Shown here: positions 18,904-29,327 of the stretch, in pieces | How the letters are laid out: each line of letters begins with the position of its first letter | Position numbering within the stretch: position 1 is the stretch's first letter | NCBI GenBank assembly: GCA_964365305.1 | Contig: CAYIPG010000001.1 | Coordinates: 2,214 to 66,213, forward strand | Reading direction: 5' to 3' | DNA from: an uncultured Candidatus Saccharibacteria bacterium | GTDB taxonomy: Bacteria > Patescibacteriota > Minisyncoccia > JACQLN01 | Length of the DNA stretch: 64,000 nt | Translations under genes and position numbers: made by a program | Notes under the pieces: generated by a model | Databases searched by the model: none | What the model was told of the DNA's origin: nothing | The model's input: only the letters and a program-made list of their open reading frames with translations

Positions 18904-19622
18904 GATAACAACCCTTTAGAAATCATAAACTCGGCAAATTCCCAGTCCATAATAGAGTCAATATCAAAAACCTCGCCTTCCAAAAACAACGGCAAAATGT
19001 TTTCGCCGCACATGGATTTTTTATTCATTATGGTTTCGTAACGCGCCACATCTACTTGGCCATAATGATTATAGGCCTTCGGCAATTTTTGGCGCGGCCA
19101 ATTGAATATTTCTTTTTCGCCTTCAACAACCAAAATCGGTTTCAAAAAACCGGTCTCGCTGGCGTGAAACATTTTATAGGGAGTAACCGGCGGCTTACCC
19201 ACTGTCCAAACCGCGTCGGCGTCGGAATTATCGGCAATCATTTCAACCGCCTTATCAATATCGGCGGTTTTTCGAAACGGATGAGTGGGACGCAAATGAA
19301 CAATAAAATCTGGATGCCAATTATCGTTTTTTTCCAGCCACTCCAAGGCGTGAACAAAAACAGGATGGTCGAGCGTATCATCTTGGGCCAGTTCTTTCGG
19401 TCTGATAAAAGGAACTTCACAACCACACTCTCTGGCAACCTTAGCTATTTCTTCGTCGTCGGTAGATAAAATCAAGCGGTCAATATATTTGGCCGCTTTC
19501 GCCTTTTCTATGGTATGGGCGATTAAAGGTTTGCCGCCCAATAATTTGATGTTCTTTTTGGGAATTGATTTAGACCCGCCCCGGGCCATAATCAGGCCTA
19601 AAACTTTGTGATCTTTGTACAT
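18900..19622 (-). CDS. neuA: CMP-nonulosonate synthetase
   Basis: ARGGSKSIPKKN, STDD, HLRPTHPFR, PRQ, DID. Confidence 0.92.
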   Translation of the reverse strand: MYKDHKVLGLIMARGGSKSIPKKNIKLLGGKPLIAHTIEKAKAAKYIDRLILSTDDEEIAKVARECGCEVPFIRPKELAQDDTLDHPVFVHALEWLEKNDNWHPDFIVHLRPTHPFRKTADIDKAVEMIADNSDADAVWTVGKPPVTPYKMFHASETGFLKPILVVEGEKEIFNWPRQKLPKAYNHYGQVDVARYETIMNKKSMCGENILPLFLEGEVFDIDSIMDWEFAEFMISKGLLS

Positions 19623-21340
19623 TATAATCTTTTATATTCAACTCCTTTTATCTTTTTTATTTCGTCTTCTTTATATAAGCCCCAGGTGTCAAACAATAAA
19701 ACAGAATTATCAGCCAAAGCCAAAAGTTGACGCAGATTTAAATCCTCAAAAATAGGGTTGTTATTCATAACCACCACGGCGTCGGCGTTGGCAAAAGAAT
19801 CCTTCAAATCCTCTGTATATTTAACCCCTAAACGGGAAACCTCGTCACCATTAACCACCGGGTCGTGAACATGAATATTTTTTAGGCCGAATTTCTTTAA
19901 CCGGGCGATTAAACCGATTGTGGTTGAGCCCCTGATATCTGAAGTCGCGGGCCGACCCTTAAAAGCCGCGCCCAATATTAAGACCTTATTGTTATTTTTC
20001 TTTTTTGTTTTTAGAAAAGAATTAATTTCGTTCGCCACAAAATCAACCATGGTCTCGCTGATAGCCCGAGCGTTACTGGCCAACTTGGGAACATATTTTA
20101 CTTTCTTGGCGCTTTCAATAAATAAAAATGGATCTTTTTCCAAACAAATTCCGCCTACACCCGGACTGGGCAGAGGCACCTGGCCCCGTTCGTAACCCTT
20201 ATTGGCCGCCTCAATAACCCGGTGGGTGTTAATGCCGAATTTATGGCAGACCAACGAAAGCTCGTTGGCAAAAGCAAAAGTCACGTCGCGATAGACATTA
20301 TTTACCAACTTGACCATCTCGGCTTCCTCTAACGACTCCACCAAAACCACCGAGTGGGTTAAATGATTAAAAATACTGGCCACCAAATCCGCGCTGACCC
20401 AATTTATGCCGCCGACAACTTGAGGCAGTTTTTTTAGTTCTTCCAGCGCTTTGCCTTCTATTGTTCTTTCCGGCGCGAAAGCGACAAAAAAATCATCACC
20501 CGCTTTTAAGCCAGATTTTTTTTCTAAAATTGGAACAATAATTTCCCTGGTAGTACCTATCGGCACAGTTGATCTTAAGATAACTGCATCACCAGATTTA
20601 AGAACACTGCCAATATTTTCCGCCGCGAACTTGATATAACTTAAATCGGGCTTTTTGGTTTTTTTGTTTAAGGGCGTGCCAACGGCAATAAAATAAACAT
20701 CGCAATTGTTACCGTTCTTAAAATCATTGACGATATTTAGATTGGTTTTGAAATTATCTTTAAAAATTTGTTCCAAACCCTGCTCAAAAAAATGCGGGGC
20801 GCCCGAATTTAAAGAACTAACAACTTTAGCATCGGTATCATAACCGCACACCTTAAAACCAATATCGGCTAAAGTTACCGCCAGAGTCAAACCCACATAA
20901 CCCAACCCCACCACGCCAATTTGTTTGAACCTAACATCACTCTTTTGCCATAAATCGTAAAAAGAAACTAAATCAATCACTCGCCTATTTTTATCCACTA
21001 TAATAATTTTATTCAACCGATCTTTATGCCAATGTTCTTTTTTTATTTTTGAAGCAACTATGGATAAAATTTCATTAGAACTCTTGGGCCCTTCTATTAA
21101 AAAAGGATTTTTGTTCATCACTTTTTCAATAGGATCATCCAATGAAACCCCTTCGGATAAACCCCTCCGAATATCACCATCTGTGGCAATGCCCAACAAT
21201 TTATTTTTTGGATTTACAACCAAAATAACACCGGCGGGCAATAATGTTTGGCTTGATTTATTCAAAGTCAATAAAGACAAAGCCCGACCAATGCTTTCCT
21301 TTGGTTTTATAGAAATCTTTGAAAAATCTTTGATAATCAT
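19622..21340 (-). CDS. CBS-domain + UDP-HexNAc 6-dehydrogenase (WecC/WbpA-like) fusion
   Basis: N-terminal TDGDIRR CBS pair; GLGYVG, PER, EMVKL, PGVGGICLEKDP. Confidence 0.88.
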   Translation of the reverse strand: MIIKDFSKISIKPKESIGRALSLLTLNKSSQTLLPAGVILVVNPKNKLLGIATDGDIRRGLSEGVSLDDPIEKVMNKNPFLIEGPKSSNEILSIVASKIKKEHWHKDRLNKIIIVDKNRRVIDLVSFYDLWQKSDVRFKQIGVVGLGYVGLTLAVTLADIGFKVCGYDTDAKVVSSLNSGAPHFFEQGLEQIFKDNFKTNLNIVNDFKNGNNCDVYFIAVGTPLNKKTKKPDLSYIKFAAENIGSVLKSGDAVILRSTVPIGTTREIIVPILEKKSGLKAGDDFFVAFAPERTIEGKALEELKKLPQVVGGINWVSADLVASIFNHLTHSVVLVESLEEAEMVKLVNNVYRDVTFAFANELSLVCHKFGINTHRVIEAANKGYERGQVPLPSPGVGGICLEKDPFLFIESAKKVKYVPKLASNARAISETMVDFVANEINSFLKTKKKNNNKVLILGAAFKGRPATSDIRGSTTIGLIARLKKFGLKNIHVHDPVVNGDEVSRLGVKYTEDLKDSFANADAVVVMNNNPIFEDLNLRQLLALADNSVLLFDTWGLYKEDEIKKIKGVEYKRL

Positions 21341-21343
21341 AAA

Positions 21344-22750
21344 TTAATTAAACTTGAACTTGCGCGCGGCAAACACAGTCATTTTTAGCAACAACCAGCC
21401 GTGTTTCCACCTTTGGATGTTGGTATTGCCGTAAGCGCGGGCGCCATAGCGTATTGGCATCTCAACAATTTTTAAATTTAGCTTGGCTGCCCCAAACAGT
21501 AAATCAAAATCGCCGAAAGGATCAAAATCACCAAAATAAGATCTATGGGCGGCTATCCTTTCATAGTCACTTTTAAACAACACCTTAGTGCCACATAAAG
21601 TATCTTTTAGACGCTGACCCAAAATCCAACTAAACATCATACTGAAAAATTTATTGCCTAAGATATTCAAAATCCTCATTGATTCTTTTTCCATCGGATA
21701 AACCAACCGTGAACCGTTTATAAATTCGCCCTTGCCAAAAACCAGGGCGCTATAGAACTTTGGCAAATCCTCTGGGGCTACCGTAAGATCAGCATCTAAA
21801 ATAATCAATACTTCTCCTTGGGCCATTTCAAAACCCAGTCGCACCGCATCCCCCTTGCCGGCCCCTTTCTGAACTGCGCAGCGAATATGGTTTTTATTGC
21901 TGTACTTATCTATAACCCGCCGAATCTCCTCTGGGGTACCGTCTTTAGAATGACCTTCAATAAAAATAATTTCTTGAGAACTTCCAAATTTCGGCAAACG
22001 CAAAATAGCATTTTCGATATTACCTTTTTCGTTTCTAGCTGGAATAATAATTGACACCGAATAGTCCTTTTCTTTTTGGGGCTGGGGTCGAGCCACTACA
22101 TAGTGAATCAAACCCAATTGTGAAAATATCGGCAAATTAGCAATAATTTTATTAAAAAAACTGGAAACTAAAGGTATCCAGATAGGTAAAAGCATTTTTT
22201 CGCCTTTCTTGATAACTTCAAAACCGGATAGATAAAGTAAATTTTCTATATCTTTTGGAGATAACCAATTCTGTATTGGCTGTCTGGCTTTTAGACCCAT
22301 AAATTCCGCCAAACGAAGAACGGGCTCCCACAAATAATTATAATAAGTAATAATAACTCTTGTTCGTTCATTGCTTACTTTTAGAAGGGCCGAAAAAGTT
22401 TTATGTACATCCTCTAAATAACCCAAAACATCGGACATAATTACATAATCAAACTTTTCTGTAACAAGCGTATTTTCAGCATCACCAACCCGCCATTCTA
22501 AATGAGGATATTTGGCTTGAGCAATTTCAATCATTTTAGAGCTGATGTCAATCCCGACACTGCACTTGGGTCTGAGCTCATTAAGCAAATCACCAGTTCC
22601 TGAACCTATTTCAACAACAGAACTATTTGGTGGAATGATAAATTTGCATAAATTTTCAACTACTTGGTGATAATACCAATTTATTTTTCTCCATTTATCC
22701 CGATCTTTGGCATGTTTATTAAAATAATCAATTAACTCGTGTTTGTTCAT
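21344..22750 (-). CDS. Methyltransferase-GT2 (DPM1-like) fusion
   Basis: VEIGSGTG; IIPARNE, LDADL, DTLCGTK. Confidence 0.88.
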   Translation of the reverse strand: MNKHELIDYFNKHAKDRDKWRKINWYYHQVVENLCKFIIPPNSSVVEIGSGTGDLLNELRPKCSVGIDISSKMIEIAQAKYPHLEWRVGDAENTLVTEKFDYVIMSDVLGYLEDVHKTFSALLKVSNERTRVIITYYNYLWEPVLRLAEFMGLKARQPIQNWLSPKDIENLLYLSGFEVIKKGEKMLLPIWIPLVSSFFNKIIANLPIFSQLGLIHYVVARPQPQKEKDYSVSIIIPARNEKGNIENAILRLPKFGSSQEIIFIEGHSKDGTPEEIRRVIDKYSNKNHIRCAVQKGAGKGDAVRLGFEMAQGEVLIILDADLTVAPEDLPKFYSALVFGKGEFINGSRLVYPMEKESMRILNILGNKFFSMMFSWILGQRLKDTLCGTKVLFKSDYERIAAHRSYFGDFDPFGDFDLLFGAAKLNLKIVEMPIRYGARAYGNTNIQRWKHGWLLLKMTVFAARKFKFN

Positions 22751-22832
22751 ATAACATAGAGATAGTATACATAACTACAGTATAACCAATAAAAAAGAAG
22801 AGCTGTTTCAATAAATAACTCTTTTCTATTGA

Positions 22833-24710
22833 TTATTTGACAACTATTTTATAAATTTCCACGGATGGATTTTTATAGATTAATCTAAGATTTTTTTCTG
22901 CGCTAAAATTGGGATTGCTAAATTGTTTTTCTAATGGACCAAGATATACTAAACCGGAATTAAAATTCTCCCAATTTAATACAAGATTATTATAATTATC
23001 AATAGATTCCTTAAGGTTTTTATTAAAAACAAATTCTGAACGCCCAGCAGCGGTAAGATACCACATGCTTTTATCAAAATTTATTCCCGTATCTTTATAA
23101 CACTTTTCTTGACTGCAATCATATGGGATGATTGCCTTAAATCTTAAAGCCAGCATTTCTTTTGGTACATCAAATAACTTATTAACTATCAAAAATCTTC
23201 TTTCTAATTCTGAACTGGAAAGCGTAGACAAAAAACCGGTAGCCAAATATGGTCGAGATGAAGTATATGATCCAAGGTATAAAGAAGTCACTAAAGAATC
23301 AGAAATAACTGTGGATTCTGCAGATAAATTAGATTCAACCCACTTCCAGGAACTTATGATATCGCCCGGAAAAACATACGATATTATTTGGTCTTTGGGC
23401 GGGTACAGAAACCCAGAAAGATTCACAATGTGCTTTGTTACCAAAGAAACCGATAAAATAACAACAAACAAAATTATACCGCTCTTAAACATGGACTTGG
23501 TTGGAAAAAATGTCCTGAATAAATCGTAAAGCAAACTTGAAATTATAATAAAATAAACCAAACTAATCGGTTTGTTAAAATGAAAAAGGGCAAAACCAAA
23601 ACCGGTAATCATCGGTGTATACCAAACCAAAAAAGAAGTAACAATAAGGCCGATAAAGAAAACTCCTTTCTTTATTAAATCTGCCTGTTTTTTAAAATAA
23701 AATAAATAAACGGCAATTAATGTAATGAAATAAAATAAATAATTTACTAAAATGGTCCAGCCCATCGAAAAATTAGTTATATAGTCATTAACCAGGAACC
23801 TGCCAATTTCTTTGCCTAATCTAAGGGAGTAATCAGAACTGTAACCGGAAAAATTAAATCTTAGATAGTTAACGATATATGGTATTAAAACCAAAAAAAT
23901 AGTCGAGCATAATAAAAAAACTGGTTTAAATTTATAATCATTCGCAGTACGATTATATAAACTATAAATAAATACCAAACCGATAAAAACCATCATGAAC
24001 AACCAATAGTGTAAATAAACATAAGCCAACAGACCAATAGATAAACCGGCAAAAATAGCATTGATTTTGGTTGGTTTAATCCAAAATAAATAAGTTGTTA
24101 AAATAGCCAAGATCAAGAAACCTAGTGTAAGCATTGGATCATCTATCCTAGAAAAATACATCTTACTTATAGGAGTTCTGACCAAAGGAATAAACTTTTT
24201 TATAATCATTCCTAAATAATCATCATCAATATAACTATAACCAACCAACATTTGTGGAATTTGCGTTAAAGTGCCGACTAAACTAAAAAATAATGAGGGA
24301 ATCTTAGATCTAAGAAAAATCGTACCTAAATAATAAAAAAGAATAAAAAATATAATTGCGAATAAAAACTGCGCCGACAAATAAGCGATGTTTATATCAC
24401 CCCTAAATAATTTAATGAAAAAAGAAAACAATAATGGAGTAATAGGATTTAGTGGCGTAGGATTGTTGTCATTGGCATAAATACCACCAGGAGGAAAATG
24501 GCCATCATAAACTTCTCTGGCCCTAGGCATATATTGGAAAAACTCATCCCTATATACATTCTGCTGCATTAATAAAAAATCAGCGTTAGATTCATAAATA
24601 TTAATCCAAAGCAATATTTGCGGCATAACAAATAAAAAACCGACAAAAACGGCCAAAATAGCAACCATTAACCATATTTTATTATGTATATAAGAAATGA
24701 TGGGATTCAT
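22833..24710 (-). CDS. Multi-TM putative GT-C glycosyltransferase (paralog of 34053..36014)
   Basis: First loop YRDEFFQYMPRAREVYDGHFPP; many TMs; soluble C-terminal domain. Confidence 0.6.
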   Translation of the reverse strand: MNPIISYIHNKIWLMVAILAVFVGFLFVMPQILLWINIYESNADFLLMQQNVYRDEFFQYMPRAREVYDGHFPPGGIYANDNNPTPLNPITPLLFSFFIKLFRGDINIAYLSAQFLFAIIFFILFYYLGTIFLRSKIPSLFFSLVGTLTQIPQMLVGYSYIDDDYLGMIIKKFIPLVRTPISKMYFSRIDDPMLTLGFLILAILTTYLFWIKPTKINAIFAGLSIGLLAYVYLHYWLFMMVFIGLVFIYSLYNRTANDYKFKPVFLLCSTIFLVLIPYIVNYLRFNFSGYSSDYSLRLGKEIGRFLVNDYITNFSMGWTILVNYLFYFITLIAVYLFYFKKQADLIKKGVFFIGLIVTSFLVWYTPMITGFGFALFHFNKPISLVYFIIISSLLYDLFRTFFPTKSMFKSGIILFVVILSVSLVTKHIVNLSGFLYPPKDQIISYVFPGDIISSWKWVESNLSAESTVISDSLVTSLYLGSYTSSRPYLATGFLSTLSSSELERRFLIVNKLFDVPKEMLALRFKAIIPYDCSQEKCYKDTGINFDKSMWYLTAAGRSEFVFNKNLKESIDNYNNLVLNWENFNSGLVYLGPLEKQFSNPNFSAEKNLRLIYKNPSVEIYKIVVK

Positions 24711-24771
24711 TAAGATGTTAATTGAACTTAAATATTTTATAACTTATTAATTAAATATGCCAAATAAATGC

Positions 24772-26172
24772 TTACATATTAGACAATATAAAATTAGCCG
24801 TCCTTTCCCCCGCCCTGCCATCTAAAATAGAGCACTGTTCTTTAACTAACCTGGTTCTGGCATTTTCATCTATAGATGGATTCTCTAGATATTTATTAAT
24901 CCAACGAACCATCTCCTCCTTGTCGCTAACCAATTTTATTGCGCCGGTTTTTAACGCGTTTAAATAATGTGTCATTTTATAGAGTTCTGTGGGAGATCTA
25001 TATACCGATAAAGGTTCGGCTAATTCAAAATTAATATTTATTACCGGTTTGTTAAAAATAGAAGCATCAATGCACAAGCTAGAAGCGTAAGAAACTAAAA
25101 CATCGCAATGATATAAGCTATTTATAAGCATCTCTATATCTTTTGGGCTTAAATCCCAATCAATGCCGGCGCCTATCGGCATGTGATTTGAGAATCTTAT
25201 TCCAGGAATATCAAAAACTATGTTCTTTCTTTTTCTAACTTCGCCAATTTCGACAAAATCATTTGGCTGGAATCTCACAAACAACTGCGCGTTCTTAATA
25301 ACATTTTGTTCAATAAGCGCTTGTAAATAATCAATCATAAGCCATCTTGAGCTAATGAAACGTTTAGCCAAGGGAGCATAAAAAACAACTTTTTTGTTTG
25401 GATCTCCGCCTGTTTGTTTAAAAAAATCAGATCGACTTATTTTTTTCTGGTTAATATATTGATCATAATGGGGCACTCCGCCAATAAAAATATCCTTGCT
25501 TGGTAAATCTGCGTAATTAATAGCGTCTGTTTTTACCAAATCATTGTAGACAATTAATTTATCTGGCAATACCCTCAAAGCGCACCGACCGGTAATTTTA
25601 TCCCATGAATTTGCTAAAGCAAAAGTTTTAACGCCCCTTTTTCTAGCTTCCCTCAATAAAGACGCTTCTCTATCATCAAATGGATGGGCCGAGACGACGG
25701 CAATTGGCCTGTATTTATCAAAAAAAACATTGAATGCAGAATCATCAATCAGCAATATATCTAAAAAACGATACAATCTCCTAACAAGACGCCGGGCAAG
25801 TATACGATTCAGCAACCACCCGCCCCATAATCTAAAAAGATTTTTATGTGTTTCAAATGCCAACTTGCGTCTCCAATCTATGGTAGCTGTATTAATCATC
25901 TTAAATTTAAGGGAACCAAAAAACCGTTGCCATAAACTATGCTCGGTTTTGGAAACAATTTCATAAAATACTCTTGGATTGTTAAATTGCCGCTGATAAA
26001 AGTTTATTTTATTTTTTGTATTTACAAAAAAAACTATCTTAATAACCGGATTGGCAATCAGGGTTTTGAAAATATCCGTTCTTAAGATATTTTTAGCTTC
26101 CACTCCTTGAAAAATGGTTATAAATATGGTCTTAAAATCATTCATAAAAAACTGCGGAAAAATACCGCACAC
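24772..26172 (-). CDS. TagF/CDP-glycerol glycerophosphotransferase-like GT-B transferase (SWDK)
   Basis: SWDK, GVPHYD, RFQP, DASIFNKP, DGRAGER; start likely 26145. Confidence 0.7.
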   Translation of the reverse strand: MCGIFPQFFMNDFKTIFITIFQGVEAKNILRTDIFKTLIANPVIKIVFFVNTKNKINFYQRQFNNPRVFYEIVSKTEHSLWQRFFGSLKFKMINTATIDWRRKLAFETHKNLFRLWGGWLLNRILARRLVRRLYRFLDILLIDDSAFNVFFDKYRPIAVVSAHPFDDREASLLREARKRGVKTFALANSWDKITGRCALRVLPDKLIVYNDLVKTDAINYADLPSKDIFIGGVPHYDQYINQKKISRSDFFKQTGGDPNKKVVFYAPLAKRFISSRWLMIDYLQALIEQNVIKNAQLFVRFQPNDFVEIGEVRKRKNIVFDIPGIRFSNHMPIGAGIDWDLSPKDIEMLINSLYHCDVLVSYASSLCIDASIFNKPVININFELAEPLSVYRSPTELYKMTHYLNALKTGAIKLVSDKEEMVRWINKYLENPSIDENARTRLVKEQCSILDGRAGERTANFILSNM

Positions 26173-26258
26173 TGAATAAATATGTATATTTTTATAACTT
26201 ACTGAATAATGGAGCGGTTTTATGGGTTAATGTTTATTCTAAAAAATACTTGGATAAA

Positions 26259-27458
26259 TCACCAACTTATTTGAATTGAAGTTGTTTTTTTATCATTAAG
26301 TTTAGTCAAAAAATCAGGATTTAATTTATAATAATCATTCTTTGTGTTCCATTCTAAAAAATTGGAGATATTAAAAAGAATTTTGCCCATAGTAACTTCT
26401 GTAGAATGCATCCCATCAAACATATAAAGATCGTTCAAACCTAAAGATGCTAAATCGGAATAATCAAAAAACTGAAACCCAAACTCATCAAATAATAATG
26501 GAATCCTGGCTTGAAAATTGTTAAATAAATCCCGCTGATAAACAGAACTTTTCAACTCTTTTATTACTTCTGATGAAAACGGCGTTGCTAAACCTACAAC
26601 TTTTATACCTTTTTTTTTGCTAATCTCTAGAAATTCAGCCAAAAGATTGAATCTATCTTCGCTAAAAAAACTACCCTGTTCAAATGGATCCGTACCATTA
26701 TTAATCCGATCCAAAACTTTTTCGCCGTCAATAAACTTAATTTCATTCGCCATCTCTTGAATATTGTGCCCATATTGATAACTGCCATCCGAACGAAAAC
26801 CGTCCCCAAACAACAACGCATTCAAACCGATAGCCGACTTACTTTCAATAGGTTCTTGCTCGTCAACTACTTTTTTAAAGATGTATATCGGATTTTTTGC
26901 TATTTGTAAAAACAAATACCTAGCAACATAAAGATGCGCTTTCCACTGATACGCTTCTTCTTTTTTACTTAAATCTTCCGATAATCCATAAATCAAGTCA
27001 TTTTTCTCGCCAAGCCAATAAAAATCAACACCTAAAATTATTGTCTTGGGTTTGGCTTCGTCTGGCAGTAATTTTATAAAATCAATCAGGTCAGCAATAT
27101 TATGAATTAAGCCGCCGGCATTATAGAATTTTTCACTGTCGTCAAACATTTCTTGGCGAATTTGCATAACGCGCGAAGAACCAAGAACTAAAACATCCGG
27201 CTTTTTTGATAAAATAGTTAAGTATTTATATGTCCTCAAAGATTGATCGGCTATTTTGCGACCAAAAAGAATATCCTGCCTACTCTTGGTCTGCAAACTA
27301 ATAACCCTTTTTATCGGCAAGAGTTCTCCCGAATAAAAAATAACCGCTTCAAGAATAAAAAAAATAATCACAAGCGGCAACCAAAACAAAAAGATATTTT
27401 TCAAAAAAAGTTTGAGAGTTTTCGGATATTTAGCCATAAACAAACCTCCGCACAACAA
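26259..27458 (-). CDS. Membrane-anchored SGNH-like acyltransferase (DltD/AlgJ-like)
   Basis: N-terminal TM; LVLGSSR and FDGMH (DxxH); start likely 27437. Confidence 0.7.
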   Translation of the reverse strand: MLCGGLFMAKYPKTLKLFLKNIFLFWLPLVIIFFILEAVIFYSGELLPIKRVISLQTKSRQDILFGRKIADQSLRTYKYLTILSKKPDVLVLGSSRVMQIRQEMFDDSEKFYNAGGLIHNIADLIDFIKLLPDEAKPKTIILGVDFYWLGEKNDLIYGLSEDLSKKEEAYQWKAHLYVARYLFLQIAKNPIYIFKKVVDEQEPIESKSAIGLNALLFGDGFRSDGSYQYGHNIQEMANEIKFIDGEKVLDRINNGTDPFEQGSFFSEDRFNLLAEFLEISKKKGIKVVGLATPFSSEVIKELKSSVYQRDLFNNFQARIPLLFDEFGFQFFDYSDLASLGLNDLYMFDGMHSTEVTMGKILFNISNFLEWNTKNDYYKLNPDFLTKLNDKKTTSIQISW

Positions 27459-27478
27459 ACTGTCGCGAAGTTATTAAA

Positions 27479-27886
27479 TTAAAATTGAAAATAAATAAAG
27501 GGATTATAATTATACACGCCGAACAATAAGATCACAGCAACAACAAGATAATAAATCAACCACCTAAGCCAAGATGGATAATCATCTATCTGTAAAGGAT
27601 GCTCTTTTCTTCTCTGTATCCATTCCACCACAATGAAACCCGCAATAATAAATAATCTTTTTGGATAAATTGTCCCGATATTAAATAGATTAAATTCCAA
27701 AGCTATTTTTTTTACCACATAAAACGCTTCATTTATTGTGTTGGCTCTGAAAAATATCCATCCAAACAAAACAAGAATAAATGTAAATAATATAGCTGGG
27801 ATATCTTTAAGCGAAGCAACGGTATTTGATTCAAATTTATTAATTAATTCTTCTGACTTTGACGCGGAATGTTTGTTTCCATCCAT
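27479..27886 (-). CDS. C-terminal part of AlgI-type MBOAT as a separate ORF
   Basis: TFILVLFGWIFFRA...EW..R and terminal FIYFQF, the canonical AlgI-type C-terminus. Confidence 0.8.
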   Translation of the reverse strand: MDGNKHSASKSEELINKFESNTVASLKDIPAILFTFILVLFGWIFFRANTINEAFYVVKKIALEFNLFNIGTIYPKRLFIIAGFIVVEWIQRRKEHPLQIDDYPSWLRWLIYYLVVAVILLFGVYNYNPFIYFQF

Positions 27887-27925
27887 AATATTAAGTTAGT
27901 TATTTTAGTATTAAATTTATTATAT

Positions 27926-28690
27926 TCACATCATATGCAACCCACCGTCAATTGGAATATTCAAACCGGTAAGATATTCCGCATTGTCGCTTAATAAAAA
28001 TTTGGCTAAACAAGCCACATCCTTATTATTTACCAGCCGTTTTAATGGGGTTTGTGATTCTATCAATTTAATAAAGGTTTCTGGATATATCGTGGAAATA
28101 CCCTCTCCACTAACACCAGGAGATATCATATTAACCCTTATTTTTCTAGAAGCAAGCTCATTTGCTAAACAACGAACTAGACCAAATTGCCCATATTTTC
28201 CAACCGTGTAACTAAACAAACGGGCCGGAGGAACATTAAATAAACACGCTGAACCAATTACTAAAACACTTTTCAATGGATGGTCTTCCTCAATAAGCTT
28301 TGTAATTGTAAGCCATAAACCTTTTATCTGGACAGCAAACTGTATCTCAAAATTATTCCAATCGTCTTTATTGATTGTTCTAAATTCCGTTGAAACGCCG
28401 ACTGTGTAAACCAAGTTATTAAATTTTATTTGACTTGAACCAATAATTTTTTTAACTTGCGACTCATTGGTGATGTCTAATTGCGCGGTAATTAATGTGC
28501 TTTTTTTGGATTTTGATAATTTAATTAATTCTAAAAGACAACTTTCTTTTTCTTGACGAAAAAAAGTAAGAAATAGATTATGCCCGGCAAGCAGTAACTC
28601 ATGAGCTATTGTTTTGCCAAAAGTGCTGGTGCCGCCAATTATTAGTGTGTTGGGCTTGATCATAGTTTTAAATATATTTAACCTTGGCAA
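27926..28690 (-). CDS. SDR/FabG-like reductase
   Basis: IGGTSTFG, YTVGK, IRVNMISPG, TGLNIPIDGG; start likely 28663. Confidence 0.85.
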   Translation of the reverse strand: MPRLNIFKTMIKPNTLIIGGTSTFGKTIAHELLLAGHNLFLTFFRQEKESCLLELIKLSKSKKSTLITAQLDITNESQVKKIIGSSQIKFNNLVYTVGVSTEFRTINKDDWNNFEIQFAVQIKGLWLTITKLIEEDHPLKSVLVIGSACLFNVPPARLFSYTVGKYGQFGLVRCLANELASRKIRVNMISPGVSGEGISTIYPETFIKLIESQTPLKRLVNNKDVACLAKFLLSDNAEYLTGLNIPIDGGLHMM

Positions 28691-29096
28691 TACCGTTAAC
28701 CACTTCTTCGTTATTTTGATTTATGATGACAGTTTCAATTTCTAATAAATAAACCGAATTAATCTTATTTTTTATCTTACCCCTAACAGTGACAGTTTCA
28801 CCAATAAAAACCGGCTTTTTAAAATTAATATTTTGCGATAAATACAAATTATGATTTTTAAAAAACTTGCCTACTAAGGTTGAAAAAAATGCCGCTAAAA
28901 GCATCCCATGCACGACAGGTTCTAAAAAATCCTTACTTTTAGCAAATTTTTTATCGCGATGAAGTAAATTTTTATCTCCCGATAGAGAAATAAAATCCAT
29001 TACCTTGTTTTTACTAATAGTCGTTTTGAAAAACGCGACATCCCCGACTTTTATTTTTTCCCAAATATCTTTCTGGGGTATTTTTTTAACATACAT
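28668..29096 (-). CDS. MaoC-like (hot-dog) dehydratase
   Basis: SGDKNLLH, VHGML, FKKPVFIGE. Confidence 0.88.
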   Translation of the reverse strand: MYVKKIPQKDIWEKIKVGDVAFFKTTISKNKVMDFISLSGDKNLLHRDKKFAKSKDFLEPVVHGMLLAAFFSTLVGKFFKNHNLYLSQNINFKKPVFIGETVTVRGKIKNKINSVYLLEIETVIINQNNEEVVNGIAKVKYI

Positions 29097-29325
29097 ATTT
29101 TACATTATATTTATCTAAAACTTTTTTAATATCTCCCACATTTTTAACCGCCATAAGATCATCCATATCAAATCTGACACCACTAGCTTTTTCCAGCTCA
29201 ACCATCATCATTATAGCATTAAAAGAATCCCATGTTGGCGTGTTGGTTGGAGAAATTTCATCATTTATTTTGTTGCTGGGGATTTCCAATATTTTTGCCA
29301 GTATATCGTATAATTTTTCTTTCAT
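29086..29325 (-). CDS. Acyl carrier protein
   Basis: 79 aa, acidic; WDSF phosphopantetheinyl-Ser motif. Confidence 0.88.
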   Translation of the reverse strand: MKEKLYDILAKILEIPSNKINDEISPTNTPTWDSFNAIMMMVELEKASGVRFDMDDLMAVKNVGDIKKVLDKYNVKYVC

Positions 29326-29327
29326 AT

